Part shown: positions 47,341 through 57,015 of the stretch, one piece after another
How the letters are laid out: every line of letters begins with the position of its first letter
Numbering within the stretch: position 1 is the first letter of the stretch
Assembly: GCA_963815115.1 (NCBI GenBank)
Contig: CAWFFN010000008.1
Span: forward strand, 32,001-96,000
Direction of reading: 5' to 3'
DNA from: an uncultured delta proteobacterium
GTDB taxonomy: Bacteria > Desulfobacterota > Binatia > DP-6
Length of the DNA stretch: 64,000 nucleotides
Program-made: the position numbers and the translations under genes
The notes under the pieces: generated by a model
What the model was told of the DNA's origin: nothing
Database searches by the model: none
What the model saw: only the letters and a program-made list of their open reading frames with translations

Positions 47341-47685
47341 ATGAACGCTGATGCCGGCCGGGACTTCGGCAGCCAGGTGCTGGAGGTCGTCGCCAGGCTG
47401 CTCGCGGAGGGCGCACCGGACATCCGGACCGTCGCCAGCGCGGTGAGCACCAGCGCGCGGACGTTGCAACGCCGGCTGCACGGCGCCGGCCTCACCTATG
47501 CGGGGCTGGTACAGCGGGCTCGCTGCGAGGCGGCGCGTCGACTGCTGGCGAAGTCCGACCAGACCGTCGGTGACGTCGCACGCATGCTCGGCTACTCGGA
47601 CCCGGCCCACTTCGCGCGAGCATTTCAGCGCTGGACCGGCCTCACACCGCGCGAATTCCGTCGCCGCGGATCGGCCGGCTCCTAG
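47341..47685 (+). CDS. Stand-alone AraC-family HTH protein
   Basis: SARTLQRRL...VARMLGYSDPAHFARAFQRWTGLTPREFR. Confidence 0.85.
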   Translation: MNADAGRDFGSQVLEVVARLLAEGAPDIRTVASAVSTSARTLQRRLHGAGLTYAGLVQRARCEAARRLLAKSDQTVGDVARMLGYSDPAHFARAFQRWTGLTPREFRRRGSAGS

Positions 47686-47753
47686 GTCGCCCTCCCGCGC
47701 GGCGCGCCCGATCCCTGACGAGAGAGCGAGGCCGCACGCGCGATCAGTTCGGC

Positions 47754-48002
47754 TCAGTTTCCGCCGTCGTCGTCCCCGTCATCGTCACCGTCGTCCCCGG
47801 AATCCGAGCCATCGTCCCGGGGAGCGACCAGCATGCTCGCCAGATCTCGACTGGAAGCGACGACCAGCGGCTGCTGCTCACCGCCCGAGCCGATCGTCCA
47901 AAGCGCCGGCACGGAGGCTGCGGCGGTGCTCGCCGCCGGAGCGATCCGGGGGATCACGAGCATCAGGGCAAGGGTACAGGCGGCAAGAAGGTACTTCGTC
48001 AT
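47754..48002 (-). CDS. Small secreted protein with Asp/Gly tail
   Basis: RBS AAGGGAG, signal peptide, tail DDGSDSGDDGDDDGDDDGGN. Confidence 0.6.
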   Translation of the reverse strand: MTKYLLAACTLALMLVIPRIAPAASTAAASVPALWTIGSGGEQQPLVVASSRDLASMLVAPRDDGSDSGDDGDDDGDDDGGN

Positions 48003-48128
48003 GGGTGTCTCCCTTCGTCTGTCCAGGGCAGGAGGCCTCGGCTCGGTTGACCTGCTGTCGCATCGGCCTGCCACGCGCAGCGAAATCCCGCAAGCGCGGT
48101 CGATGCGCTGGCGCTCCGTGGCGCACCG

Positions 48129-48878
48129 TTACCGGTTCGCCGCCGATCGAGCGGCCCCGACGACCCCTTCGGCATAGCTCACGACGAGGCCGAGGGCATC
48201 GCCGCACTGATCGTGCTTGGCGAGACGTTGCGCGGCGCTGTGAGCGGCGGCGAGCCTGCGCAGCGCCTGCTTGAGTGGCCGCGGGCGGCTCGGATCGGCC
48301 GCGAATGCCCTGACCAGCTCGCGAGCGCGCATGAATGGCAGTCGCACCCCGGCGGGGATCCTGCGCGCGGGACAGCCGCTCACCTTCAGGTCCACGGCGA
48401 GTGCACAGCGGGCCGCATCGACCGGCGTCGCCTCTCCCGATACGCAGCAGAGCTGGAGATAGTCGACGTCGCGCAGCTCGTTGCCATCGCGGCCGAGAAC
48501 GGTCGTGCCCGACGGGGCTCCCACCGCAACCTCCACGTCGGCCGTGGGACCGCAGGTCCCGTCGGGCGCCGGAACGTGCGGCGGGGCGAGGTGCATCCCC
48601 GCGACGTCGATCGACGAGAAGGTGGCGGTGTCGCACCCGGACGTGGACGTGCCGGTACAGATCCTGACCGAGAAGTGACAGGCGCCGTCCGCGGCACTGT
48701 CGGCGTCGCAGCCCGGGTCACCGTCGGTGCACACGACGCCGCTGTTGGCGTTGGTGGCCGTCACCCCCCGGAACACGAGGCGGCAGTCCGTGTTCGCAAG
48801 GCCGCCCCCCAGAACCTCGGCCCGGGAGACCTGTACGATCGCAAGGAGGAGAGCAGCTGCAACCAGCGAGCGAATCAC
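48129..48878 (-). CDS. Secreted Cys-rich hypothetical protein
   Basis: Signal peptide, CTDGDPGCDADSAADGAC motif, helical C-terminus. Confidence 0.75.
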   Translation of the reverse strand: MIRSLVAAALLLAIVQVSRAEVLGGGLANTDCRLVFRGVTATNANSGVVCTDGDPGCDADSAADGACHFSVRICTGTSTSGCDTATFSSIDVAGMHLAPPHVPAPDGTCGPTADVEVAVGAPSGTTVLGRDGNELRDVDYLQLCCVSGEATPVDAARCALAVDLKVSGCPARRIPAGVRLPFMRARELVRAFAADPSRPRPLKQALRRLAAAHSAAQRLAKHDQCGDALGLVVSYAEGVVGAARSAANR

Positions 48879-48920
48879 GGCGGAAACCCTACGGGACTCC
48901 GGCCGCCCGTCAAGTCGTGG

Positions 48921-51005
48921 TCAGCTGGCCGCCGCATCTCCGGAACGCCGGGGCTCGATCCGGTAGAGCCGGACCCAGATGTCAGGCTCGTTCGAGCCGG
49001 GCTTCTTCACGTTGGTCGCGCCCGCCGGACCGGTGACGCCGGGGGCGGGCGGGATGAGGCTGGCATGGTAACGCGTCGGCCCCGACTCGAGCGCCTGCCG
49101 GAACTCCTCCGTCGCCCAGATCTCGCCAGCCGTGACGTGCGGCTCGATGCGGGCCGCCCGCCGCAGCGGCTCCCCGCCGACCACCATCATTCGCCCGTCC
49201 GGCCCCTCGCCGAGACGCACCGGGCCATGATCGAGGGCGATGCGCAGCTGCGGATTGCCGGGCGCCTCGAAGAGATCCTCGCTCATGCGCAGCGCGGCGT
49301 TGATCACCGCGTTGGGATCGTCGTGCGCGATCGTGACGGCGTCGCCCTCGCTGACCTCGTACCAGAGGCAATGCGCGGCGTGGTGCGCCACGGCCTTGCG
49401 CAGCGTCTCGCCCACAGCGTGGCCGGTGTCCGCCGATTCCATGAAGCGGCTGAACTCCTTGATGTCGGCCTTGAGGACGCACAGCGCGCGCTCCCGGGCG
49501 TCGCCGGTCTCGCCGTGCTCCCGCCACGGCCGCCCGTCGCCCACGACGTTCACCGGATCGATGTTGCGGGCGTACTCGGGGTTGAACTCCGCGACGAGCT
49601 CCGCGAGCACCGGGTGCACGAGGTAGTGCGATGACGACGGCAGATCGCTGCCGCGGTCGAGGGCCTCGTCACCCGGGCGCAGGAACCGCTGCACGCGGGT
49701 GCCGCTCACCAGGTCCTGGTGAATGCAGCCGAGCAGCCCGGCTCGGTACAGGATGCCGAAGACGTGCCCGTCGCTGCCGCCGGCGGCGGCGGTGACCGCC
49801 TCGTACTGCTCGCGGATCGCCTCGACCTGGTCGCCCGGCAGGATGTGGCGCGGCAGCATCGCGAACACGCGCACCAGGTCGACGTCGCCGATGTAGGGCG
49901 AGATCTCGTTGAGGTATTCCTCGGCGATCTCGGTGGCGGCCTGGTTCACGGCCACCTTCAGCCGTGCCTCGCTCCGCCGCTCCTCGGGGGGCAGGTCCGA
50001 GAGCTTCTGGCCGATCGTCATCAGGTCGCGCGGGCGCTGGAGCGTGTGCCGGTAGATGTAGTCGAAGACGTCCTCCTGCTCGCCGGTGTAGCTGTGGGTC
50101 ACCCAGTCGCGCCCCGCGAAGGCGGCGATGGGATCGCTCCGCAGCTGCGCCGGCATGCACAGGTTGCGCTCCTTCTCGCGGCGGATGTTGTTGACGAAGA
50201 TCTCGCGCAGGCTGGGTTTCGAGTAGCTCAGGTCGATCGCGCTGCCCCGGTATTGCTGCACCATCGACGTCTCGCCGGTGAACTTGGCGAATGCCTCCTT
50301 GCGCACCGATGCGAAGACCTTCAGGTGGTGGCTGACCCGTCGCAGCTCGTAGGCGACCTGCACCAGCCCCATCTGCGAGTAGTACCAGATGCTGGGCGAG
50401 ACCACTCCGGTGTCGCTGGCCCGCGACGACCGCGCCTTGATGTGCTTGTTGAAGTACTCGTCGACGCTGTCGATGAAGATCGCGACCGGCGCCGCGATGG
50501 TGCGGAGCCGCGGCACGAGCCGGTTGTTGGTGTCGTTGACGCACCGGAAGAGCTCGCTGCGCGGCAGGTCGAGGAGGTTCACGAAGTGGTCGATGACGCT
50601 GTGCAGGCTGCCGTCCTCCACGATCGCGTGCAGCCGGCCGCTGACCCGCAGGTCGTCCACCATGTCGAGTCGCTTCAGCGTCGCGGCCGCGATCGCCATC
50701 AACCAGACGTTCGACCACGCCTCCACGTTGCCGTAGAGCGCGACCATGTCGGAGCTGAAGATCTTGTCGCCGACGGGCTTGTCGAGCAGGCTGTCCTGCG
50801 GCAGGCACACGGCACGTTCCTGGAGGGCGACCCGCTTCGCCTTCAGCAGGAGGGTCTTGCCGAAGCCCTTGGTGGCGACGACGATGAACTTGTCGCTGCG
50901 CTGGGGGCTCAGAAAGGCGTCGATGCCGGGCGTCAGGTGCAGCTCGCGGGCGGTCAGGTCGTCGGCGACCTGAATGTCGTCGGCGTCCACCGTCCAGGCC
51001 CGCAT
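48921..51005 (-). CDS. P-loop ATPase fused to C-terminal class III nucleotide-cyclase-like domain
   Basis: Walker A ATKGFGKT, Walker B IFIDSVDE, RPRD; cyclase-like LKADIKEFS, EGDAV, LRIALDHGPV, RAARIE. Confidence 0.78.
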   Translation of the reverse strand: MRAWTVDADDIQVADDLTARELHLTPGIDAFLSPQRSDKFIVVATKGFGKTLLLKAKRVALQERAVCLPQDSLLDKPVGDKIFSSDMVALYGNVEAWSNVWLMAIAAATLKRLDMVDDLRVSGRLHAIVEDGSLHSVIDHFVNLLDLPRSELFRCVNDTNNRLVPRLRTIAAPVAIFIDSVDEYFNKHIKARSSRASDTGVVSPSIWYYSQMGLVQVAYELRRVSHHLKVFASVRKEAFAKFTGETSMVQQYRGSAIDLSYSKPSLREIFVNNIRREKERNLCMPAQLRSDPIAAFAGRDWVTHSYTGEQEDVFDYIYRHTLQRPRDLMTIGQKLSDLPPEERRSEARLKVAVNQAATEIAEEYLNEISPYIGDVDLVRVFAMLPRHILPGDQVEAIREQYEAVTAAAGGSDGHVFGILYRAGLLGCIHQDLVSGTRVQRFLRPGDEALDRGSDLPSSSHYLVHPVLAELVAEFNPEYARNIDPVNVVGDGRPWREHGETGDARERALCVLKADIKEFSRFMESADTGHAVGETLRKAVAHHAAHCLWYEVSEGDAVTIAHDDPNAVINAALRMSEDLFEAPGNPQLRIALDHGPVRLGEGPDGRMMVVGGEPLRRAARIEPHVTAGEIWATEEFRQALESGPTRYHASLIPPAPGVTGPAGATNVKKPGSNEPDIWVRLYRIEPRRSGDAAAS

Positions 51006-51151
51006 GGCCCTCTGCTTACGTCAGCCCCCCGCCGACTTCCACCGCCTGCCGGCGTCGACCAGGCCGCGCGCCAGCGCGTTGACTTGCGCCGGCGCGCGGG
51101 AGAAGCCGTGGCACGCCCCGCGCCGCCACGACCGGAGACGGGGCGCCGCGC

Positions 51152-53320
51152 ATGGAGACCCACAAGTCCTTCTGCCGATTCTGCCACGCGATCTGCGGCA
51201 TCGAGGTGGACGTCGAGGACGGCCGCGCCGTCGCCGTGCGCGGCGATCGCGACCACGCCATCTCGCGCGGCTATCTCTGTCCGAAGGGCCGGGCTCTCCT
51301 CGAGCAGCACGACCATCCCGGCCGCTTGCGCGGCAGCCGCCGTCGCCTGCCCGACGGCAGCTTCGGCGACATCTCCAGCGCGGCGGCGATGGACGAAGTC
51401 GCCGCCGGGCTCACCGCCATCCTCGCGCGCCACGGCCCGTCCGCGGTCGCCCTGTACTCCGGGACGCACGGGCTCTTCGGCAGCGGCAAGGCGCTCGCCA
51501 TCGCCTGGGTTCGGGCGATCGGTACGCCCTGGTACTTCACGCCCAACACCATCGATCAGCCCTCCCAGTCCACCGGCTGGGCGCGCCACGGCTCGTGGGA
51601 CGCCGGCGTGCAGCGCTTCGCCGACGCGGACGTCCTGCTGTTCGTCGGCAACAACCCCGGTGTGTCGGCGTTCTCGCGCGAAGGCGGCCCACCCTACGCC
51701 GACGGATTCCGGTATCTCCGCGAGGCGCGGGAGCGCGGCACGCGCATCGTCGCGATCGACCCGCGCCGCACCGAGCTGACCCGCATCGCGGACGTTCACC
51801 TGCAGGTGAAGCCGGGCGAGGACCCGACGTTGCTCGCCGGCATGGTGCGCCTGGTGCTCGAGGAAGAGCTGCACGACCGCGCCTTCGTCGCGGCGCACGT
51901 CGGCGGCGTGCAGACGCTGCGCGACGCGGTCGCGCGGTTCACGCCCGACTACGTCGAGCGGCGCACGGGCGTTCCCCGGACCCGCATGCAGGCTGCCGCG
52001 CGGCTCTTCGCCGCGGGTCCGCGCGGCACGGCGATGACCTGCACCGGCGTCAACATGGCGCCGCGGCCCGACGTCACCCAGCACCTCGTGATCGCGCTCA
52101 ACAGCCTCTGCGGCCGCTTCCGGCGGGCCGGCCAGGTCATCACTAACCCGGGGGTCCTGAATCCGCCCCGGCCGCGCCATGCCGACGTGGAGCCGCCGCG
52201 GGCGCTCTGGGGATCCGGCATGCGCTCGCGCTTCCGCGGCCTCGGCCGGTTCATGGACGAGATGCCCATCAACGTGTTCGCCGACGAGGTCCTGACGCCG
52301 GGCGAGGGGCAGATCAGGGCGCTCGTGTGCGTCGGGGGCAATCCCGCCGTCGCCTTCCCCGATCAGCGCAGGGTGCTGGCGGCGCTGCGCGCGCTCGAGC
52401 TCTCGGTCGTCCTCGACGTCAAGGCGACGGCGACGGCCGCCCTCGCCCATTACGTCATCGGCTGCAAGCTCTCGCTCGAGAAGCCGGGAACGTCGCGCAC
52501 GGCGGAGATCCAGCTCGACGTGCCGTTCGCGCAGTACACGCCGGCGCTCGTCCATCCCGCCTTCGACGTGATCGAGGAGTGGGAGTTCTTCTGGGGTCTG
52601 GCGCACCGGATGCGAACCCCGCTGCGGCTCGACTCGGGCGCCGAGCTGGACATCGACCGCAAGCCCACCAGCGACGACTACCTCGACCTCCTCCACGCCA
52701 CCGCGCGCGTCCCGCTCGACGAGGTGCGCCGCCACCCGGACGGGCGCGTGTTCGAGCCGGCCGAGACCGTGCGCGTGCTGCCCGGACGCCCCGAGCGCGC
52801 GACCGCGCGCATGGACGCGGCGCCTCCCGCAGTCGTCGAGCAGCTGCACGCGATCGCCGCGGAACCCTTTTCCGCCGCCGGCGGCTACCGCGGCGACGAC
52901 CGCTTCAGCCACCGCCTGATCAGTCGCCGCATGTACGACGTCTACAATTCGACGGGCGACCACCTGCCCCGCCTGCGCCGGCGATTTGCCTACAACCCGG
53001 CCTTCATGCACCCGCACGACCTGGAGCGCATCGGCGTGGCGCCGGGCGAGCCGGTGCGCATCGACTCCGACCACGACTTCATCTACGGCGTCGCCGAGGC
53101 GTCGAACGACGTGCGCCCCGGCGTGATCTCGCTGGCGCACGCGCGGGGCGACGCGCCCGAGCGCGACGGCGAGCTGCGCCGCATCGGCAGCACCACCGGT
53201 CGGCTGGTGAGCGTCGAGCGGGACTTCGAGCCGCTCTCGGGCATTCCGCGGCAGAGCGCGATCCCGGTGAACGTGCGGGCGCTCACGCCCGCGGAGCGGG
53301 CGTCCATCGCCACCGCCTGA
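51152..53320 (+). CDS. Molybdopterin-dependent oxidoreductase (DMSO reductase superfamily)
   Basis: CRFCHAICG...LCPKG Fe-S motif, IDPRRTE, GGNP, C-terminal HPHDL..GV..G binding domain. Confidence 0.92.
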   Translation: METHKSFCRFCHAICGIEVDVEDGRAVAVRGDRDHAISRGYLCPKGRALLEQHDHPGRLRGSRRRLPDGSFGDISSAAAMDEVAAGLTAILARHGPSAVALYSGTHGLFGSGKALAIAWVRAIGTPWYFTPNTIDQPSQSTGWARHGSWDAGVQRFADADVLLFVGNNPGVSAFSREGGPPYADGFRYLREARERGTRIVAIDPRRTELTRIADVHLQVKPGEDPTLLAGMVRLVLEEELHDRAFVAAHVGGVQTLRDAVARFTPDYVERRTGVPRTRMQAAARLFAAGPRGTAMTCTGVNMAPRPDVTQHLVIALNSLCGRFRRAGQVITNPGVLNPPRPRHADVEPPRALWGSGMRSRFRGLGRFMDEMPINVFADEVLTPGEGQIRALVCVGGNPAVAFPDQRRVLAALRALELSVVLDVKATATAALAHYVIGCKLSLEKPGTSRTAEIQLDVPFAQYTPALVHPAFDVIEEWEFFWGLAHRMRTPLRLDSGAELDIDRKPTSDDYLDLLHATARVPLDEVRRHPDGRVFEPAETVRVLPGRPERATARMDAAPPAVVEQLHAIAAEPFSAAGGYRGDDRFSHRLISRRMYDVYNSTGDHLPRLRRRFAYNPAFMHPHDLERIGVAPGEPVRIDSDHDFIYGVAEASNDVRPGVISLAHARGDAPERDGELRRIGSTTGRLVSVERDFEPLSGIPRQSAIPVNVRALTPAERASIATA

Positions 53321-53328
53321 GCGCGCCG

Positions 53329-54381
53329 CTACTGCGGGCGCAGCATCCCGATCGCGTGGTGCGCGGCCGCCGCGTAGGCAGGCGACGGATCGATCGCGTC
53401 CTCGCGCAGACACGCCTCGGTGAACTTGATGGCGTGCTCGTCGCCGTTCGCGATGGCCATGTCGATCAGGGTCTCGCGGGACCTGGCAGGCGGCTCGATC
53501 TCGCCGGCCGCCGGCGCGGCGCTGCCGAACGCCGCATAGAGGGCGCTGCTCGACTGCCACGCGTGGCGCAGCACGTCGCGCGTCGTGACCTCGGAGAGGT
53601 GCGGCACGATCGACCGCAGCGCCGCCACGCTGGTGACGCCGTGAATGAAGACGATCGTGCCGAGCACATCGCGCGCGTTGGCGAGGTACACGCGGGCGAA
53701 GGTCTCGGTCATGTCGGAGAGCACGCGGCCCGGCGCGCGCTCGACGTCCAGCAATCCGATCACCGGCGCGAACTCCGGGACCTCGTCGAGCGCGACCAGG
53801 GACGACACGATCGTCCCGCTGAACTTGCGCCGCGCGGGAGGAACGACGGGCACGCGTGCGATGGCCTCGCGCGCGGGAGCGGGCCTGGCGGATCCGTCCG
53901 GCGCGGTCGGGAGGACCTGGTACGCTGCCGCCCAGTAGGCCAGGCCGTCGCCGAGCTCGCGGATGCGTGCCGGCGTCTCGGCATCGTCGAGGCTGCGGGC
54001 GGCGTGCCCCACCCGGATCACGCCGTGCGTCGCCGAAGCGCAGATGCCCGGCGCCAGGCGCGCGGCCCAGCGGGCCAGGACCGAGCGCCAGGGCGCCTCC
54101 TCCAGCTCGGCGGCGAAGAACGCGTTCCAGTCGCCGACCCGATCCTCCCGGCCCAGCGCGGCCCGCCAGTCGTCGCGCCCGATGCGCTCGTGCCCGACCG
54201 GCCGCGGCAGGATGCCCTTCACGTACCCCTCGAGCCACGGCATCACCGAGTCGGCGCGCCCCAGCGCGGCCAGCGCCTCGACCGCCATCGGCGCATGGCT
54301 GGTCATCCCGTTGCGCAGGTCCGGGCCGCAGGCAGCGAGCGCCGCCAGCGCCGGCTCCATCATCGAATAGTCCTTCGTCAT
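53329..54381 (-). CDS. Questin oxidase/DUF4243-like protein
   Basis: SHAPMAVEAL, ATHGVIR, FIHGVTS, GDEHAIKF. Confidence 0.75.
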   Translation of the reverse strand: MTKDYSMMEPALAALAACGPDLRNGMTSHAPMAVEALAALGRADSVMPWLEGYVKGILPRPVGHERIGRDDWRAALGREDRVGDWNAFFAAELEEAPWRSVLARWAARLAPGICASATHGVIRVGHAARSLDDAETPARIRELGDGLAYWAAAYQVLPTAPDGSARPAPAREAIARVPVVPPARRKFSGTIVSSLVALDEVPEFAPVIGLLDVERAPGRVLSDMTETFARVYLANARDVLGTIVFIHGVTSVAALRSIVPHLSEVTTRDVLRHAWQSSSALYAAFGSAAPAAGEIEPPARSRETLIDMAIANGDEHAIKFTEACLREDAIDPSPAYAAAAHHAIGMLRPQ

Positions 54382-54442
54382 CGCTGGAACAGGCGATACG
54401 CCACGCCGCCAGCTGAGCCAATCGTCGGGCCGCCGCCGCTGC

Positions 54443-54952
54443 TCAGGTGGCCGCCCGTGACGGCGTGGCGCCGGGCGGGACGTGCCCGGCGGCGAGACGC
54501 CGGCCGCCGCGCGTGAGGAGCCAGTCGAGCGACAGGGGGCCAGGCCCGTCCGTGGCGAGCCACACGAGGAGCGCGATGTAGGCGAACTCGGTGAGCCCGA
54601 CGAGGCTCGAGATGCCATCGACCTGATCCCACAGCGCGGTGCGGATCGCGACGCACATGGTGATGATCAGCGGCAGCGCGGCGAAGCGCGTCGCGAGGCC
54701 GAGAAGGAGCAGGCCGCCGCACACGAACTCGGCCGTCGAGGCCAGGCGCGCCTGGAAGGCTGCCGCTGGCAGGCCGAGCTCGGTGAAGTAGTCGGTGACC
54801 TTCGCCAGGTCGTGGAGCTTCGCCCAGCCCGACTGGAAGAACACCAGGCCGACCGTGAGCCGGGCGATGGCGGGCGCGAGCCAGCCGAGCGCGTTGCCGA
54901 TGCGGGCCGCGAGCGTCGCGGCGGCGGTCACCAGTGCAAGTACTCGATTCAT
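54443..54952 (-). CDS. DoxX family membrane protein
   Basis: ARLTVGLVFFQSGWAKL, EFVCGGLLLLGLATR, GPGPLSLD. Confidence 0.9.
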   Translation of the reverse strand: MNRVLALVTAAATLAARIGNALGWLAPAIARLTVGLVFFQSGWAKLHDLAKVTDYFTELGLPAAAFQARLASTAEFVCGGLLLLGLATRFAALPLIITMCVAIRTALWDQVDGISSLVGLTEFAYIALLVWLATDGPGPLSLDWLLTRGGRRLAAGHVPPGATPSRAAT

Positions 54953-55090
54953 CCTGCCCCCTCGGGGCGCCGGCCTGGCGCCGGCGGGTCGGTCGTTCCA
55001 GGCTTGGATGCCACGAGGACGGCCAACGGTACGGGAGCGCCGGCCGCTGCGCCGGTGCCGCGACCCTCGTGCGATTGAGGCCGCATCGCC

Positions 55091-55610
55091 ATGGGAGTAG
55101 GCGTCACCTTCACGAATCCCTACCAGCCGTTCCAGCCTGGAGCCGTCAAGGTCTTCCGCGGCCGCAAGAGCGGGGCGCCGAGCGTCATCGTCGACCTCTA
55201 CCTCACCGGCACGCGCACCTTCCGCGTCGGCACCGCGGACGTGCCGACCCGCATCCTCCAGGAGACCGAGTTCGAGGACGGCGATGTGGCGGAGATATCG
55301 GGCGATCCGGCGGACGCTGGCAACGCGGCGCTGCCTGCCGTCTTCATGCCCGAGAACCCGCAGGTCGGCAGCACGTTCAAGCCCGAGGACCTGTTCCCGA
55401 TCGTGGACGAGACGGACGAGGTGAAGGCGGTCGGCCTCCGCGTCGGCGTCCCGGCGGGGCGCTTCGCCGGCTCGATCCGGGTCGTCGAGACGACGCGGCT
55501 GGGGGACAAGCCCGAGACGAAAATGGTACGGCGCCGGCGTGGGCGTCGTGAAGGGCAAGACGCAAGGCGAGTCGTTCGCCCTGGTCTCCTCGACGATTCG
55601 CCCGCATTAG
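55091..55610 (+). pseudogene. Hypothetical protein fragment, frameshift at ~55520
   Basis: TNPYQPFQPG, VPAGRF, ETK/WYGAGVGVVK split across an A-run. Confidence 0.5.
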
Positions 55611-55914
55611 GCAGGCATCGAGGAAGGGGAGCACGCGGTCGAGCCGACCCGGCTCGCCCGCACCCCCGCCCTGCCCGAAGCCATCGCCCCCCAAGTTGAC
55701 CGAGGCCGCCATGACGCGCCGGCAGTTTGCCGGCTCGAAAGATTGCAGGAACGATAAATCTCCCTTGCCAAGTGAATCCCAGGAGAGGTATGGAGCCATC
55801 CTGAGTGGGATCGCGCCGTTCATCTGGGAAGCGTAGGTTCATGCCCCCTATCTTCCCGTGGGTATTCAGCTTGTCCGCTCATCCACCAACACATCCCACT
55901 CGGAGGAGAATGAA

Positions 55915-56913
55915 ATGGGAGCACGAAGGTGTCGGCTTGGTACCGGGCTGGGTCTGGTTCCCCTCTTGGTCGCTCTGGCGGTTGCCGGCCCGGTGATCGC
56001 CCAGGACGGGGGCGACCCCCAGTCCTTCCGGGCGCAGTATGACGCAATGATGTCGAATTTCGAGCGTATCTTCGCAGCACGGGGTGACGTCGCGGGTCAG
56101 GAGCGGGCTCAGCAGGGGCTCGAAGCCATGCAGGGTCTTTCGGATCAGCAGTTGGCCGCCCTGGTCGCGAAGACTGGCGTGATGGACCTTTCGGAAGCGG
56201 TGCTCGCGACCGAGTCTCTCGCCGCCCGCATGGAGTCGGAGGCGCCTCCGGCGAACCGATTGGAGCCGAGGTCACTCCCCCTTCCCGAACCAATCGCCCT
56301 CATCAGCCAGTGCAGCACGGACGATGTTGACGTCAACGTGCGGTACACACGGCTCATTGCGAAGGAGGTGACGTCATCGATTCTGGCCGCGGCGACGTTT
56401 GTCTGCACGCAGGACATTCTCGGTGAAAACGGCTCGGCCGCCTGCATTCCCCTCGCCATCGCGGCCGATATCGCGAACGGGTTCTTCGACCAAGGGGTAT
56501 TTTGCGCGGGAGAGGTGACCGCGAACCAGGTAGACGCCAACTTCAGACGACTCGAGCACATACACACTGATCTCGCGGACGGCATTACCCTCCTCGGAGG
56601 CAAGATCGATGCGCTGGCGGGACAAGTCGACATGATGAAGCGCGCGATGATCGAGGAGCAGCTCAACACCTCGTCCGGCAGCCGCTTCGCGTCCTATTTC
56701 CTGCCGGCGGCGAACGGCGGGATGCTCGAGGCCGTCCGCAGCCTGGTCGGGGGCTTCGTCGCCACCTTCAAGGCGGCCGGCTACGACACCAGCGGCGCTG
56801 AGCGCGCGCTCGCCAAAGCCGACGCCGCCTTCGCCGCCGGGGATTTCCGGGGGTCCTTCGAGAGCCTGCGCCAGGCGTACCGCGTCGCAACCGTGAAGGC
56901 ACGGCAGCCGTAG
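55915..56913 (+). CDS. Secreted hypothetical protein
   Basis: RBS GGAGG, signal peptide (VIA|Q), helical, 4 Cys in the mature part. Confidence 0.75.
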   Translation: MGARRCRLGTGLGLVPLLVALAVAGPVIAQDGGDPQSFRAQYDAMMSNFERIFAARGDVAGQERAQQGLEAMQGLSDQQLAALVAKTGVMDLSEAVLATESLAARMESEAPPANRLEPRSLPLPEPIALISQCSTDDVDVNVRYTRLIAKEVTSSILAAATFVCTQDILGENGSAACIPLAIAADIANGFFDQGVFCAGEVTANQVDANFRRLEHIHTDLADGITLLGGKIDALAGQVDMMKRAMIEEQLNTSSGSRFASYFLPAANGGMLEAVRSLVGGFVATFKAAGYDTSGAERALAKADAAFAAGDFRGSFESLRQAYRVATVKARQP

Positions 56914-56924
56914 TACGCGTGGCC

Positions 56925-56964
56925 GGATCGGGGACGGCGCGCACGGGTCCGCCGTCCCCGATCC
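56925..56964. terminator. Hairpin between convergent genes
   Basis: GGATCGGGGACGGCG...CGCCGTCCCCGATCC, 15-bp perfect stem. Confidence 0.55.
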
Positions 56965-57015
56965 CGTGCGCTGCGAGGCCGCCGGACGTGCGTGCGGAAT
57001 TCCGACTCACGGCCA

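Noticed and set aside
48058-48074. sigma54 box upstream of the small acidic peptide gene
   Set aside because: The GG-to-GC spacing is 9 nt, not the required 10.
50954-54421. 1155-aa minus-strand ORF and other long antisense ORFs (e.g. 60895-63981, 30483-32981, 18862-20985)
   Set aside because: These are shadow ORFs of well-supported genes in high-GC DNA, with Arg/Ala/Gly-rich translations and no motifs.
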